From: Deltaproteobacteria bacterium
GTDB lineage: Bacteria > Myxococcota > UBA727 > VGSZ01
Length of the DNA: 64,000 nucleotides
Direction: 5' to 3'
NCBI GenBank assembly: GCA_020850995.1
Contig: JADZDP010000081.1
Coordinates: 5,830-69,829, forward strand
The notes below the pieces were generated by a model. That model was not told where the DNA came from and made no database searches. It saw only the letters and a list, made by a program, of their open reading frames with translations. Position 1 is the first letter of the stretch. Each line of letters begins with the position of its first letter. Shown in pieces: positions 11,563 to 23,798 of the stretch. The translations under genes and the position numbers were made by a program.

Positions 11563-12768
11563 CTACTGGATGTTGCCGGCGATGGTGAAGATCGGCAGGT
11601 ACATCGCGATGAGGAAGCCGCCGAGAATGACCGCGAGGAACACCATGATGATGGGCTCGAGCAGCGAGGTCAGTCCGGCCACCGCGGCGTCAACCTCTTC
11701 CTCGTAGAAGTCGGCGATCTTGTTGAGCATGGTGTCGAGCGCGCCGGCGCTCTCGCCGATGGCGACCATCTGGCACACCATGGCGGGGAAGATGCGCGTC
11801 TCCTGCAAGGGCTCGGACAGCGTCTTGCCTTCCGCCACGCGCTTGCGCGCGAAGCTGATGCCATCGCCGACCACGACGTTGCCGGACGCGCGCGCCACGA
11901 TGTCGAGCGCGTCGAGGATGGGCACGCCGGAGCTGAGCATGGTGCCCATGGTGCGCGTGAAGCGCGCGACCGCGGTCTTCTTGAGGAGCGGACCAAATAT
12001 CGGCAACCCGAGCATGACCTGATCGAGCATGCGTCGCCCTCGTGGGTTTCGCCGCATCGACGTGAAGCCAACCGTGCCGCCGACGGGCACGACCACGAAC
12101 ACCCACCAGTGATCGACCGACCAACGCGACAGATCGATGACCATCTGGGTCGGCACGGGCAGCGCGCCGCCGAAGTCGGCGAACATCTTCTCGAAGACGG
12201 GGATCACGAACAACAGCAGGACGGCGACGGCGCCGATGGCCACGACCATGACGGCCGACGGGTAGAACAGCGCGCCTTTGATCTGCTTCGCGAGCTTGAC
12301 GGCCTTCTCCGTCTGCATCGCGAGTCGCGTCATGATGGTGTCGAGGATACCGCCGGTCTCGCCGGCGGCGACCAGGTTGACGAACAAGGGGTCGAACACC
12401 TTTGGGTGGCGCGAGAGCGCGTCGGCGAAGGTCTTGCCCTGCTCGACGTCGGCCTTGACGGCGCCGAGCACCTTCTTGAACCAGATGTTCTCGTTCTGCT
12501 GGTGCAGGATGTCGAGGCACTGCACCAGCGGCAGACCCGCGTCGATCATGGTCGAGAACTGACGCGTGAACAGCATCAGGTCGCGCGTGGCGACGCCCGA
12601 GGAGCCAGGCAGCTTGAGGTGAATCTCGGAGGGCTTCTTCTTCACCTTCTGCGGCGTGAGCTGTTGCGCGCGCAAGCGCTGCTCAACGACGTCGGCGGAG
12701 GCCGCCTCCATCTCGCCGCTCCTGATCTCGCCGGTCTTGGTCTTCGCCGTCCAAATGAAAGCCGCCAT
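11563..12768 (-). CDS. pilC: type IV pilus inner-membrane platform protein PilC (GspF family)
   Basis: MAAFIWTAKTKTGE... with two T2SSF repeats. ATG 12768 gives 401 aa; the ORF-track start at 13023 would overlap pilT. Confidence 0.85.
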   Translation of the reverse strand: MAAFIWTAKTKTGEIRSGEMEAASADVVEQRLRAQQLTPQKVKKKPSEIHLKLPGSSGVATRDLMLFTRQFSTMIDAGLPLVQCLDILHQQNENIWFKKVLGAVKADVEQGKTFADALSRHPKVFDPLFVNLVAAGETGGILDTIMTRLAMQTEKAVKLAKQIKGALFYPSAVMVVAIGAVAVLLLFVIPVFEKMFADFGGALPVPTQMVIDLSRWSVDHWWVFVVVPVGGTVGFTSMRRNPRGRRMLDQVMLGLPIFGPLLKKTAVARFTRTMGTMLSSGVPILDALDIVARASGNVVVGDGISFARKRVAEGKTLSEPLQETRIFPAMVCQMVAIGESAGALDTMLNKIADFYEEEVDAAVAGLTSLLEPIIMVFLAVILGGFLIAMYLPIFTIAGNIQ

Positions 12769-12898
12769 CGCGTCCTCCGCGTACAAACCGAGCCTAGCAA
12801 GGCCCATCAATGAACGAGAATTCCACCCAAATTCCAGCCGTAACACCCCGAAAAGACGGTATTCCACTTGTCTCGGTGCCGGCCCGCCGCCACCCCGG

Positions 12899-14053
<1,155 letters not shown>

Positions 14054-14200
14054 GGCTTGAAGCTCTCTCGTTTCATCGCGGGCTGTCAAAGCGCGCCATT
14101 GTCGTAGCAGCGAAGGGCCAGGAGCGCGCAGCGCGTGGGGTCAAAGGGGCTGCACGTCGAGGCGATGGTGGGCGCGAGCGAAGCGAAGCGGAGTTGGGTG

Positions 14201-14369
14201 GGGGCCCCGTGTCGGGCTGTGCCCGACATGGGGGAGGGTCTGCAGCAGACCCTCCTGGAGACCCAGCGAAGGCGACCGGAGGGAGGCTCTTGGGAGGGGG
14301 ACCCGCGTCCGGCTCCTGTCCGGTCAACGACATGCCGGACGCGGGGGAGGGTCTGGCGACAGACCCTCC
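14201..14369 (-). repeat. REP-like palindromic intergenic element, copy A (core GGGAGGGGGACCCGCGTC-[hairpin]-GCGGGGGAGGGTCTGGCGACAGACCCTCC plus an upstream degenerate half-copy)
   Basis: Several perfect inverted repeats in the spacer 3' of pilB: gtcgggctgtgcccgac, ggagggtctgcagcagaccctcc, cgcgtccggc...gccggacgcg and ggagggtctggcgacagaccctcc. The same core recurs at 47953-48012. Confidence 0.7.
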
Positions 14370-14376
14370 CATCAAC

Positions 14377-16101
<1,725 letters not shown>

Positions 16102-16201
16102 GAAAGGCTCCTTCGGTTCTTCACCGGTGGCTGGCCATCCTAAGGCCAAAGGGGGGGCGGCCGACCACCGCCGCACCCGACCATAGGCAGGGTGACCGGG
16201 A

Positions 16202-17005
16202 TCACGTCCAGGTGCGCCAAGATGAGACAGCTCCGCTCATGGCAGCGCTCGCATGGTCTGGGAGTGTCCCACCAAGAAACAGGGCCATGGCCACCTGGGC
16301 CTGGGCCAGCAGCATCGATGTCCCGTCGAGAAACAGGTGGCCGCCCCGCAGCGCCGCGTCGCGGGCGGCGCGCGCGCCTCCGCCGTAGCGCAGCTCGTGG
16401 ACGAAGCCGGGGCCGCGCACGGCGCCGGCGATGGCGGCGCCGGGATCGTCGAGGGCGCTGGCGGCGAGCACCACGAGGTGGGCGGGCTCATCGACGAGGG
16501 CGAGCCCGAGGGCGCGCGCCAGCTCCCGGAGAGCGTCGGCGGCGTCGGCGCGGCGGGCATGCACCGTGAGCGCGGCCGCGCCGGCCTGGTGCGCGGCCAG
16601 CACCACGGCGCGCGCCCCGCCTCCTGCGCCCACCACGGCGACCACGCGCTCGCGCACGTCGACATTGGCGCGGCGCCACGCGGTCCTGAGGCCCACGACG
16701 TCGGTATTGGCGGCACGCACGGCGCGACCGGCGTCGAACACCACGGTGGTGACCGCGCCGCACGCCGCGGCCCTGTCGTCGAGCACGGCGCGGTAGCGCG
16801 CCGCCGCGCGCAGCTGGTAGGGGGCCGTGACGTTGATGCCCGCGCAGGTGCGCTCGGCCTCGTCGAGCGCGGCCTCGAAGCCGGCGGGCTCCACCGGGTG
16901 GAGCGCGTAGCGCGGCGCCTGCCCGAGCGCCACCAGCGCGGCGTTGTGCATGCTCGGCGCCGGGCTGTGCGCGATGTCGCGTCCGATCAGCCACAGCGGC
17001 TTCAT
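16202..17005 (-). CDS. aroE: shikimate dehydrogenase
   Basis: LIGRDIAHSPAPSMHNAAL...GINVTAPYQ...NTDVVG...VVGAGGGARAV. ATGA overlap with the ribF stop. Confidence 0.7.
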   Translation of the reverse strand: MKPLWLIGRDIAHSPAPSMHNAALVALGQAPRYALHPVEPAGFEAALDEAERTCAGINVTAPYQLRAAARYRAVLDDRAAACGAVTTVVFDAGRAVRAANTDVVGLRTAWRRANVDVRERVVAVVGAGGGARAVVLAAHQAGAAALTVHARRADAADALRELARALGLALVDEPAHLVVLAASALDDPGAAIAGAVRGPGFVHELRYGGGARAARDAALRGGHLFLDGTSMLLAQAQVAMALFLGGTLPDHASAAMSGAVSSWRTWT

Positions 17006-17922
17006 GGGGGGGGCAGCGCGGCGCGCGCCGCCGCGATGTCGGCGCCGATCTGGGCGCGCAGCTCGTCGACGGACGCGAAGCGGCGCTCGTCGCGCAGGTG
17101 GGTCACGAGCTCGAGCCGCAACGGGCGGCCGTAGAGGTCGCCGGCGAAGTCGAACAGGTGCGCCTCGAAGCGCACGTCGTCGCCGGTGGCGAAGGTGGGG
17201 CGCAGGCCGACGTTGGTGACCGCCGCCTTGCGCGTGCCGTCGTCGAGCGCGGCCCAGGTGGCGTAGACGCCGAGGCGCGGCAACAGCTCGCGCTCGACGC
17301 GCACGTTGGCGGTGGGCACGCCGATGGTGCGCCCCCGATGATCGCCATGCACCACGGGGCCCTCGACCCAGTAGCGGTGGCCGAGCAAGAGCGCGGCGGC
17401 GTCCACGCGCCCCTCGAGCACCAGCTCGCGGATCTTGGTCGAGCTACACAAGAGGTCGCCCTCGCGTACCGGTCGCACCTCGATGACCGTGGGCAGCGCG
17501 CGGCGCAGGTCGTCGACCACGCCGCTTGCGTGCACACCGAAGCGGAAGCCTTCGCCCACCACCACGCCGCCGGCGCGCAAGCGCGCACCGAGCACGCGGG
17601 CACAGAACTCGTCAGGCGCGAGCGCCGCCAGCGCGGCGTCGAAGCGCTCGACCGCCAGCGCGTCGAGCCCGGCGGCGGCGATGCCCCGCTCCTTCTCGGC
17701 GGCGTTCAGGATCAAGCGCGGCGCCAGCGCGGGGCTCAGCACCTTGGCGGGGTGCGGCTCGAAGGTGAGCACGCCGGCCGCCACGCGCGACGACGTGGCG
17801 CGCGCGCGCGCGGCGGCGAACAACGCCTGGTGCCCGCGGTGCAGTCCGTCGAAGTTGCCGATGGCCCAGATGGCGCCGGCGAGCTCGTCGGGTGCGGCGA
17901 CGCCCGGTGGCAGGACACGCAT
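17002..17922 (-). CDS. ribF: bifunctional riboflavin kinase / FMN adenylyltransferase
   Basis: IGNFDGLHRGHQ (FAD synthetase) and GRTIGVPTAN...E (riboflavin kinase) motifs. Confidence 0.8.
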   Translation of the reverse strand: MRVLPPGVAAPDELAGAIWAIGNFDGLHRGHQALFAAARARATSSRVAAGVLTFEPHPAKVLSPALAPRLILNAAEKERGIAAAGLDALAVERFDAALAALAPDEFCARVLGARLRAGGVVVGEGFRFGVHASGVVDDLRRALPTVIEVRPVREGDLLCSSTKIRELVLEGRVDAAALLLGHRYWVEGPVVHGDHRGRTIGVPTANVRVERELLPRLGVYATWAALDDGTRKAAVTNVGLRPTFATGDDVRFEAHLFDFAGDLYGRPLRLELVTHLRDERRFASVDELRAQIGADIAAARAALPPP

Positions 17923-18070
17923 GGGGCGCCCATAGCACGGGGCGATGGGTCACGCGTGACGCAATCGGTCAAACGACCGAGACCCGGTTGCCTCGGCGGG
18001 AGCTGCCGCTAGCGTCCGCGCCTCGCCGCGCGGCCCTGCGCCGCCATTCCCTGCCCAACCGGGAGATCGC

Positions 18071-21000
18071 ATGCGTCTCGTCGCCTTCACGCTCGTCACG
18101 CTCGTCGTGCTCGCCACCGCACCTGCGCTCGGCGCGGTCCACATCGCCCAGGCGGAGAACGCCTTCGATCGTGCCCACGAGCGGCTCCCCGACCTGCGCC
18201 TGGTGCGCGGCGCCACGCCCAAGACCACCGCGCTGGCCGTCACCGCCGACGCCGACGAGGCGTGGAGCGTCACGGTCGACGTGCCCTGGCTCGAGGTGCT
18301 GCCGGCGAGCGGCACCGGCCCCGCCACCGTGCGCTTGCGCTTCGACGGCGGCGCCCTGGCACTGCTCGACGATTCGAGCGGCCACGTCACCGTCAGCGGC
18401 CCTGGCGGCGGCACCAACACCGAGATCCTCGACGTGCGCGTCGACCTGTGGCCGAGCCTGGCCACGCCGCAGACGCGCGCGGAGCTCATCGCCTACGCCA
18501 AGGACCCCGCCAACTGGCCCGCCGACGGCTTCGGCGGCGCTTGGGAGCTGTGGGGCTTCATCCCCGACGAGTACCTCGGCGTCGACACCTGGGAGACCAC
18601 GCCCTGCGCGCCCGGCCAGAGCGGCGATAGCTGCGTGCGCGATGGCCAGGCGGGTCTGTCGGCCGGCCAGAGCGCCGACCAGGCGTGGCTCTTGTCGACG
18701 GGCGACCCGCGCGTCGTGGTCGCCGAGCTCGACTCGGGCATCAAGTGGGGAGAGCGCAGCCTGGTCAACAAGTTCTACCTGAACGCGCGCGAGCTCGGCG
18801 CCTGCCCCCCGCCGGGCGCCGACACCGGCGCCAGCGATCCCTTCGACGGCTTCGATGTCAACGACGACGGCCTGTTCAACATCCGCGACTACGACGACGC
18901 GACCTGGCTCACCGACGTCAACGGCAACGGGCTGCGTGATCCGCAGGACCTCATCTGGGGCGATGACGGCGATGGCCCCTGCACCGATGGCGTCGACGCC
19001 GACGGCAACGGCTACACCGACGACATTTCGGGCTGGGACTTCTACTGGAACGACAACGACGCGTCCGACGACGCGGACTTCGGCCACGGCACCGGTGAGG
19101 CCAACGACTCCACCGCCGAGGCCCACGACGGCGACGGCGCGCCCGGCATCTGCATGCGCTGCATGGTCATGCCCGTGCGCGTGGGCGACAGCTTCGTGCT
19201 CGACGTCAACCAGTTCGCCGACGGCGTCATCTTCGCGGTCGAGTCCGGCGCCGACCTCGTGCAGGAGGCGCTCGGCTCCATCAACAACACGCCCTACTCG
19301 CAGTGGGCGATCAACTGGGCCTACCGCAACAACGTGCCCATCATCGCCTCGGCCGCCGACGAGACCAGCTACCACCACAACTTCCCGGGCAGCCTCGATC
19401 ACACCATCTACGTGCACGCCATCCAGATGGACGAGGATCACGAGGAGGACTCCACCACCTTCCTCAACTTCAACAACTGCACCAATTTCGGTGGCCACCT
19501 GTCCTTGTCGACGCCGGGCGAGGGCTGCTCGTCGGAGGCCACGGGCAAGACCTCGGGTCAGGCGGCGCTGATCAAGAGCTACTTCCTGCAAGAGCGCGAT
19601 CGCGCCGCTGGCACCGATGACGAGGCCTACTTCGCGTCTGATCTGACGGCAGAAGAGATGTACCAGGTGCTGGTGGCGTCGGCCGACGACATCGACGTGC
19701 CCGGCGCCGAGGGCGACGACGCGGCGCTGGCGCTGCAGAAGTTCCCCTCCAACGAGGGCTGGGACCTGCACTTCGGCTACGGCCGCAACAACGCGCGCCG
19801 CTCGCTCGAGCTGGTGCGCGACCGCATGATTCCGCCCGAGGCCGACGTGGTGACGCCGCGCTGGTTCGAGGTGTTCGACCCCGCGCGCGTGTCGAGCTTC
19901 GACGTGGTGGGCAGCGTGTCGTCGCCGCGCCTGAGCAACCTGCGCTGGACCCTGTCGGTGGCCGAGGGCGTCATCGGCAAGGCGTTCACCGAGGTGGCAG
20001 CGGGCACCGGCGCCGTGAACGAGGGTCTGCTCGGTACCATCAGCCTGGCGCCCGAGGGCCCCCTCGGCAGCCTGGTGGTGCGCTCTGCCGATCCGGCGGG
20101 CAACGACCCCGAGCAGTTCACCGCCACCCTATTGCTCGAGGTCATCGGCACCAACCCCGCCGGTGACGACGTGCGGGGCCTGTTCCGGAAGACCTTCGGT
20201 GTGCGCACCGACCCGAGCACCCTGCCGGGCTTCCCCATCTACCTCGGCGCCTCGGGTGAGTCCTCACCGCGCCTCACCGACCTCGACGGCGATGGCCGCG
20301 AGGAGATCGTGGTGGCCACGTCCGACGGCCTGGTGCACGCCATCATGGCCGACGGCACCGAGCTGCCGGGCTTCCCCGCCGCGCTCGGCGCCTACCCGGC
20401 CCTGTCCACCGAGGTGTGCGGCATGAGCAGCGACCCGCGCAAGTGCCACCGCAACTCGCGCCCCTTCCGCGCGGGCACCGAGGGCGGCATCGATCCCGAT
20501 CAGGTGCGGCAGTCGCTGCTCGCCACCATCGCCGTGGCCGACCTCGACGGCGACGCCTGCCGCGACATCGTGGCCGCCACCCTCGACGGCTACATCTTCG
20601 TCATCGACTGTGATGGTCAGCCAAAGCCCGGCTTCCCGGTGGAGATGGATCGCACGGTGCTGGCCGACGGCACCGATGGGGCGCGCCGCTGCCTCGACGC
20701 CGGCGGCAACGTGCTGATCGGCTGCCGCAGCAGCCAGCAGCACGGCGAGAGCGGCTTCTTCAGCTCGCCGGCCCTGGCCGACCTCGACGGCGACGGCTCC
20801 CTCGAGATCGTCATCGGCGGCATGGACGCGCACGCCTACGCCTGGCACCACGACGGCACCCTGGTGAACGGCTGGCCGGTACCGGTGGAGCACCCCGGGC
20901 AGCCCGAGTACGAGGACGACGGCGAGATCAACCGCTACGAGGATCGCATCGTCGCCTCGCCGGCGATCTGCAATCTCTTCGGCGACGGCCGCAACTTCGT

Positions 21001-22033
21001 GGTGCTCGGCACCACCGAGCGGCTGGAGAACCAGGCGAACGTGTTCCTCTACGCCATCAGCCCCGAGGGCACGGCCGACCCGAGCGGCCCCTTCCCGCCG
21101 GGCTGGCCCACCACGGTGACGGGCTTCATCCCCGACGAGATCCTTCCCTTCATCGGACGCGGCAACCCCAACTCGCCGGCCTGCGCCGACTTCGACGGCG
21201 ACGGCATGGACGAGGTGGTCAACGCCGGCATGGGCGGCAACATGGTGCTCCTGCAAGAGGACGGCTCCTACGACTCCATGCGCCACGTGATGAACTCCAC
21301 CTCGGAGTACTACGGGCCCAACGCCAACACCGACGAGACCTTCTCGCTGCCGGTGATCAACAACCCGTCCGTCGCCGACGTCAACGGCGACGGCTTCCTC
21401 GACATCATCAACGGCACCGCCGGCAGCGGCCTCATCGCGGTGGCGTCGCAGGGTGGCAAGCGCAACTCCTTCGATCATTCGGTGAGCGCGTGGGACAGCG
21501 ACAACCTCGCCTTCCTCGACGGCTTCCCCCACCGCGTGTGGGACTACCAGTTCTTCATGAACTACGCGGTCGCCGACCTCGAGGGCAAGGGGAGCTGGAA
21601 CGTCATCCTCGGCGACGGCGGCTACTTCGTGTACGCGCCCAACGCCTCCGGTGAAGAGGCCGCCGGCTTCCCCAAGTGGACCCAGCAGTGGCACATCGCC
21701 ACGCCCACGGTGGGCGATCTCGACGGCGACGAGCGCATCGACGTGGTCGCCAACACGCGCGAGGGCTGGCTGTGGGCCTGGCGCACCGAGGGCCACGTGG
21801 GCGGCCCACCGGATCAGAAGCTGCCCGCCATCCAGTGGGAGGGCTTCCACCACGACGATCTGAACACCGGCAACTACGGCGGCCCCCTCAAGCCCTACCC
21901 GCGCCTCTTGCCCGCCGACGACGGCTGCGGCTGCGACCACGCGGGCAGCCGCGCCTCGCCGCTCGCGGGTGCGCTGGCGCTCCTGGTGCTCGCTGGTACC
22001 CTCGCTGGCAGGCGGCGCGGCCGCCACGGGTGA
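18071..22033 (+). CDS. large secreted subtilase-like (S8) protein with multiple FG-GAP repeats and a MYXO-CTERM sorting signal
   Basis: Signal peptide; DSG / HGTG / GKTSG triad-like motifs; at least six DxDGDGxxD/E FG-GAP repeats. The C-terminus is DDGCGCDHAG...hydrophobic...GRRRGRHG, a Cys-Gly-Cys + TM + Arg-rich tail. GGGAGA precedes ATG 18071. Confidence 0.75.
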   Translation: MRLVAFTLVTLVVLATAPALGAVHIAQAENAFDRAHERLPDLRLVRGATPKTTALAVTADADEAWSVTVDVPWLEVLPASGTGPATVRLRFDGGALALLDDSSGHVTVSGPGGGTNTEILDVRVDLWPSLATPQTRAELIAYAKDPANWPADGFGGAWELWGFIPDEYLGVDTWETTPCAPGQSGDSCVRDGQAGLSAGQSADQAWLLSTGDPRVVVAELDSGIKWGERSLVNKFYLNARELGACPPPGADTGASDPFDGFDVNDDGLFNIRDYDDATWLTDVNGNGLRDPQDLIWGDDGDGPCTDGVDADGNGYTDDISGWDFYWNDNDASDDADFGHGTGEANDSTAEAHDGDGAPGICMRCMVMPVRVGDSFVLDVNQFADGVIFAVESGADLVQEALGSINNTPYSQWAINWAYRNNVPIIASAADETSYHHNFPGSLDHTIYVHAIQMDEDHEEDSTTFLNFNNCTNFGGHLSLSTPGEGCSSEATGKTSGQAALIKSYFLQERDRAAGTDDEAYFASDLTAEEMYQVLVASADDIDVPGAEGDDAALALQKFPSNEGWDLHFGYGRNNARRSLELVRDRMIPPEADVVTPRWFEVFDPARVSSFDVVGSVSSPRLSNLRWTLSVAEGVIGKAFTEVAAGTGAVNEGLLGTISLAPEGPLGSLVVRSADPAGNDPEQFTATLLLEVIGTNPAGDDVRGLFRKTFGVRTDPSTLPGFPIYLGASGESSPRLTDLDGDGREEIVVATSDGLVHAIMADGTELPGFPAALGAYPALSTEVCGMSSDPRKCHRNSRPFRAGTEGGIDPDQVRQSLLATIAVADLDGDACRDIVAATLDGYIFVIDCDGQPKPGFPVEMDRTVLADGTDGARRCLDAGGNVLIGCRSSQQHGESGFFSSPALADLDGDGSLEIVIGGMDAHAYAWHHDGTLVNGWPVPVEHPGQPEYEDDGEINRYEDRIVASPAICNLFGDGRNFVVLGTTERLENQANVFLYAISPEGTADPSGPFPPGWPTTVTGFIPDEILPFIGRGNPNSPACADFDGDGMDEVVNAGMGGNMVLLQEDGSYDSMRHVMNSTSEYYGPNANTDETFSLPVINNPSVADVNGDGFLDIINGTAGSGLIAVASQGGKRNSFDHSVSAWDSDNLAFLDGFPHRVWDYQFFMNYAVADLEGKGSWNVILGDGGYFVYAPNASGEEAAGFPKWTQQWHIATPTVGDLDGDERIDVVANTREGWLWAWRTEGHVGGPPDQKLPAIQWEGFHHDDLNTGNYGGPLKPYPRLLPADDGCGCDHAGSRASPLAGALALLVLAGTLAGRRRGRHG

Positions 22034-22037
22034 TGCC

Positions 22038-22601
22038 ATGCGCGTGCTCTGGATCCTGCCCTGCCTGCTCGCCGCCGCCCTGGCCGCGGGTTGTCCGCCC
22101 ATCGAGACCAAGATCCCGTCGTCGGAGACCTTCACGGTCCCCGGCGCGGGCGTGCTTGGTGGCAACCCGCTGGCGCCGGAGATGGCCTTCCCCGCCGACG
22201 TGGTCGGCGAGGCGCTGGCCCAGGCGGTGCAGCAGTCCTTCGACACCAGCGGCTATGAGAAGGGCGCGGTCAAGAGCCTCAAGCTCACGGCGCTCTCGCT
22301 CACGGTGCTCGAGCCGAACCAGGGCAACGTGCAGGTGCGCGACCTCGGCTTCCTGCGCTCGCTCGCGGTCTCGCTCGGCGGGGCCGAGGGCGAGCCCACG
22401 CTGGTGGCCGAGAGCGCCGCGGGCGCCTTCGACGACGACCCCGTCGAGTACCACGTGCCGCTGACCGGCGCCGAGCTCGCCGAGACCTTCAAGAGCTCCA
22501 ACACGCTCGAGATGACGGCAGACGTGGTCCCCGACGCGCCACCGCAGTTCGCCACCGACGTGCAGGTGGATGCCGAGATCACCGTGCAGATCGGGCTGTG
22601 A
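22038..22601 (+). CDS. lipoprotein of unknown function
   Basis: MRVLWILPCLLAAALAAGC has a lipobox. It starts 4 nt after the upstream stop, in frame with ORF 21969..22601. Confidence 0.55.
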   Translation: MRVLWILPCLLAAALAAGCPPIETKIPSSETFTVPGAGVLGGNPLAPEMAFPADVVGEALAQAVQQSFDTSGYEKGAVKSLKLTALSLTVLEPNQGNVQVRDLGFLRSLAVSLGGAEGEPTLVAESAAGAFDDDPVEYHVPLTGAELAETFKSSNTLEMTADVVPDAPPQFATDVQVDAEITVQIGL

Positions 22602-22602
22602 C

Positions 22603-23760
22603 GTGAGCGAACCAGTCGACGCGTTGGCGGCGCTGCGCGCCGGCGTTGGCAACGACGCGCGCGTGCACTTGAACAACGCCGGCGTGGCGCCGCTCTATCC
22701 GCGCGGGCTCGCGGCAGCGCGCCACGCGCTCGAGCTCATGCAGGGTGGCTCGCATGAGGTGCTCGAGCTGTTCGCGCTGCACGATCGCGCGCGCGCCACT
22801 CTCGCCCGCCTGCTCGGCGCGCCCAGCGACGATGTCGCGTTCTTCTCGTCGTGCTCGGCGGCCATCTCGCAGGTGGCCTTCGGCATGCGCCTCAAGCCTG
22901 GCGATGAGATCGTGCTCCCGGATCAGGAGTACCCCTCGAACGCCTACCCATGGCACGTCGCGGCCAAGGGCGCCGGCGCGCGCGTCGTGGTGGTGGCATC
23001 GTGTGCCGATTGGTCCCTCGACAGCGCGCGCCTGCTCGAGGCCATTGGCCCAAGGACGCGCGTGGTGGCCGTGAGCTGGGTGCAGTTCTCCACCGGCGCC
23101 ACCGCCGACCTGCATGCGCTCGCCGCCGCCGCGCACGGCGTGGGCGCCTGGCTCGTCGTCGACGCCATCCAGGGCCTGGGCGTCATCCCCTTCGACCAGC
23201 CGGCGTCCGGCGCCGACGTCGTGTGCGGCGGTGGCCACAAATGGCTCTGTGGCCCGCTCGGGCTCGGCTTCTTGAGCGCGCGCGCCGAGGTGCGTGACGC
23301 GCTCGAGCCCTTGGCGGTCAGCGCCACCACCTTTGGCACGCCCGACGATCCGGTCGACGCCACCAAGCCTGCGCGCCGCGATCGACGGCGCTTCGAGCCG
23401 GGCAACCCCCTGGTGCTGGCGTCGAGCGCAGCCGCTGGCTCGGCGGAGCAGCTCCTCGAGGTGGGCATCAAGGTGGCGCATGCCGAGGCCTTGGGGCTGC
23501 GCGCGCTCGTGGTGGAAGAAGCCGCGCGGCGTGGCTTTGAGGTGCGCCCGGGCGGCGGCCCGGTGCAGAGCCCCATCGTCACCTTCGTACCCGACGTCGA
23601 TCCCGCGCGCCTGGTCGAGGGCCTGCGCGCGCGCGGCGTGTCTGTGGCGCCCCGCGGCGGCGGCGTGCGCGTGGCGCCCCACGCGCACAACACGGTGGCC
23701 GACGTGGAGCGCCTGTTCGCGCTCGTCGACGAGCTGCGCGTGGGTTTGCGCTCGACGTAA
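22603..23760 (+). CDS. class V aminotransferase (cysteine desulfurase / epimerase-like PLP enzyme)
   Basis: LNNAGVAPLYP...GGHKWLCGPLGLGFL contains the PLP-lysine region. GTG 22603 is 1 nt after the upstream TGA. Confidence 0.7.
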   Translation: MSEPVDALAALRAGVGNDARVHLNNAGVAPLYPRGLAAARHALELMQGGSHEVLELFALHDRARATLARLLGAPSDDVAFFSSCSAAISQVAFGMRLKPGDEIVLPDQEYPSNAYPWHVAAKGAGARVVVVASCADWSLDSARLLEAIGPRTRVVAVSWVQFSTGATADLHALAAAAHGVGAWLVVDAIQGLGVIPFDQPASGADVVCGGGHKWLCGPLGLGFLSARAEVRDALEPLAVSATTFGTPDDPVDATKPARRDRRRFEPGNPLVLASSAAAGSAEQLLEVGIKVAHAEALGLRALVVEEAARRGFEVRPGGGPVQSPIVTFVPDVDPARLVEGLRARGVSVAPRGGGVRVAPHAHNTVADVERLFALVDELRVGLRST

Positions 23761-23798
23761 GGGCGACGGTTCGCAAGCGGCGCAGCGGCCGACGCCCA

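Noticed and set aside
14054-14089. PilT start at the ORF-track position 14089
   Set aside because: That codon is TTG with no Shine-Dalgarno. ATG 14053 is preceded by GAGAGAG at 9 nt and gives a canonical PilT N-terminus.
17923-18070. Search for a sigma-54 (GG-N10-GC) promoter in the ribF / S8-protein divergent region and elsewhere
   Set aside because: No convincing TGGCAC-N5-TTGC match was found by eye. It would need a proper PWM scan.
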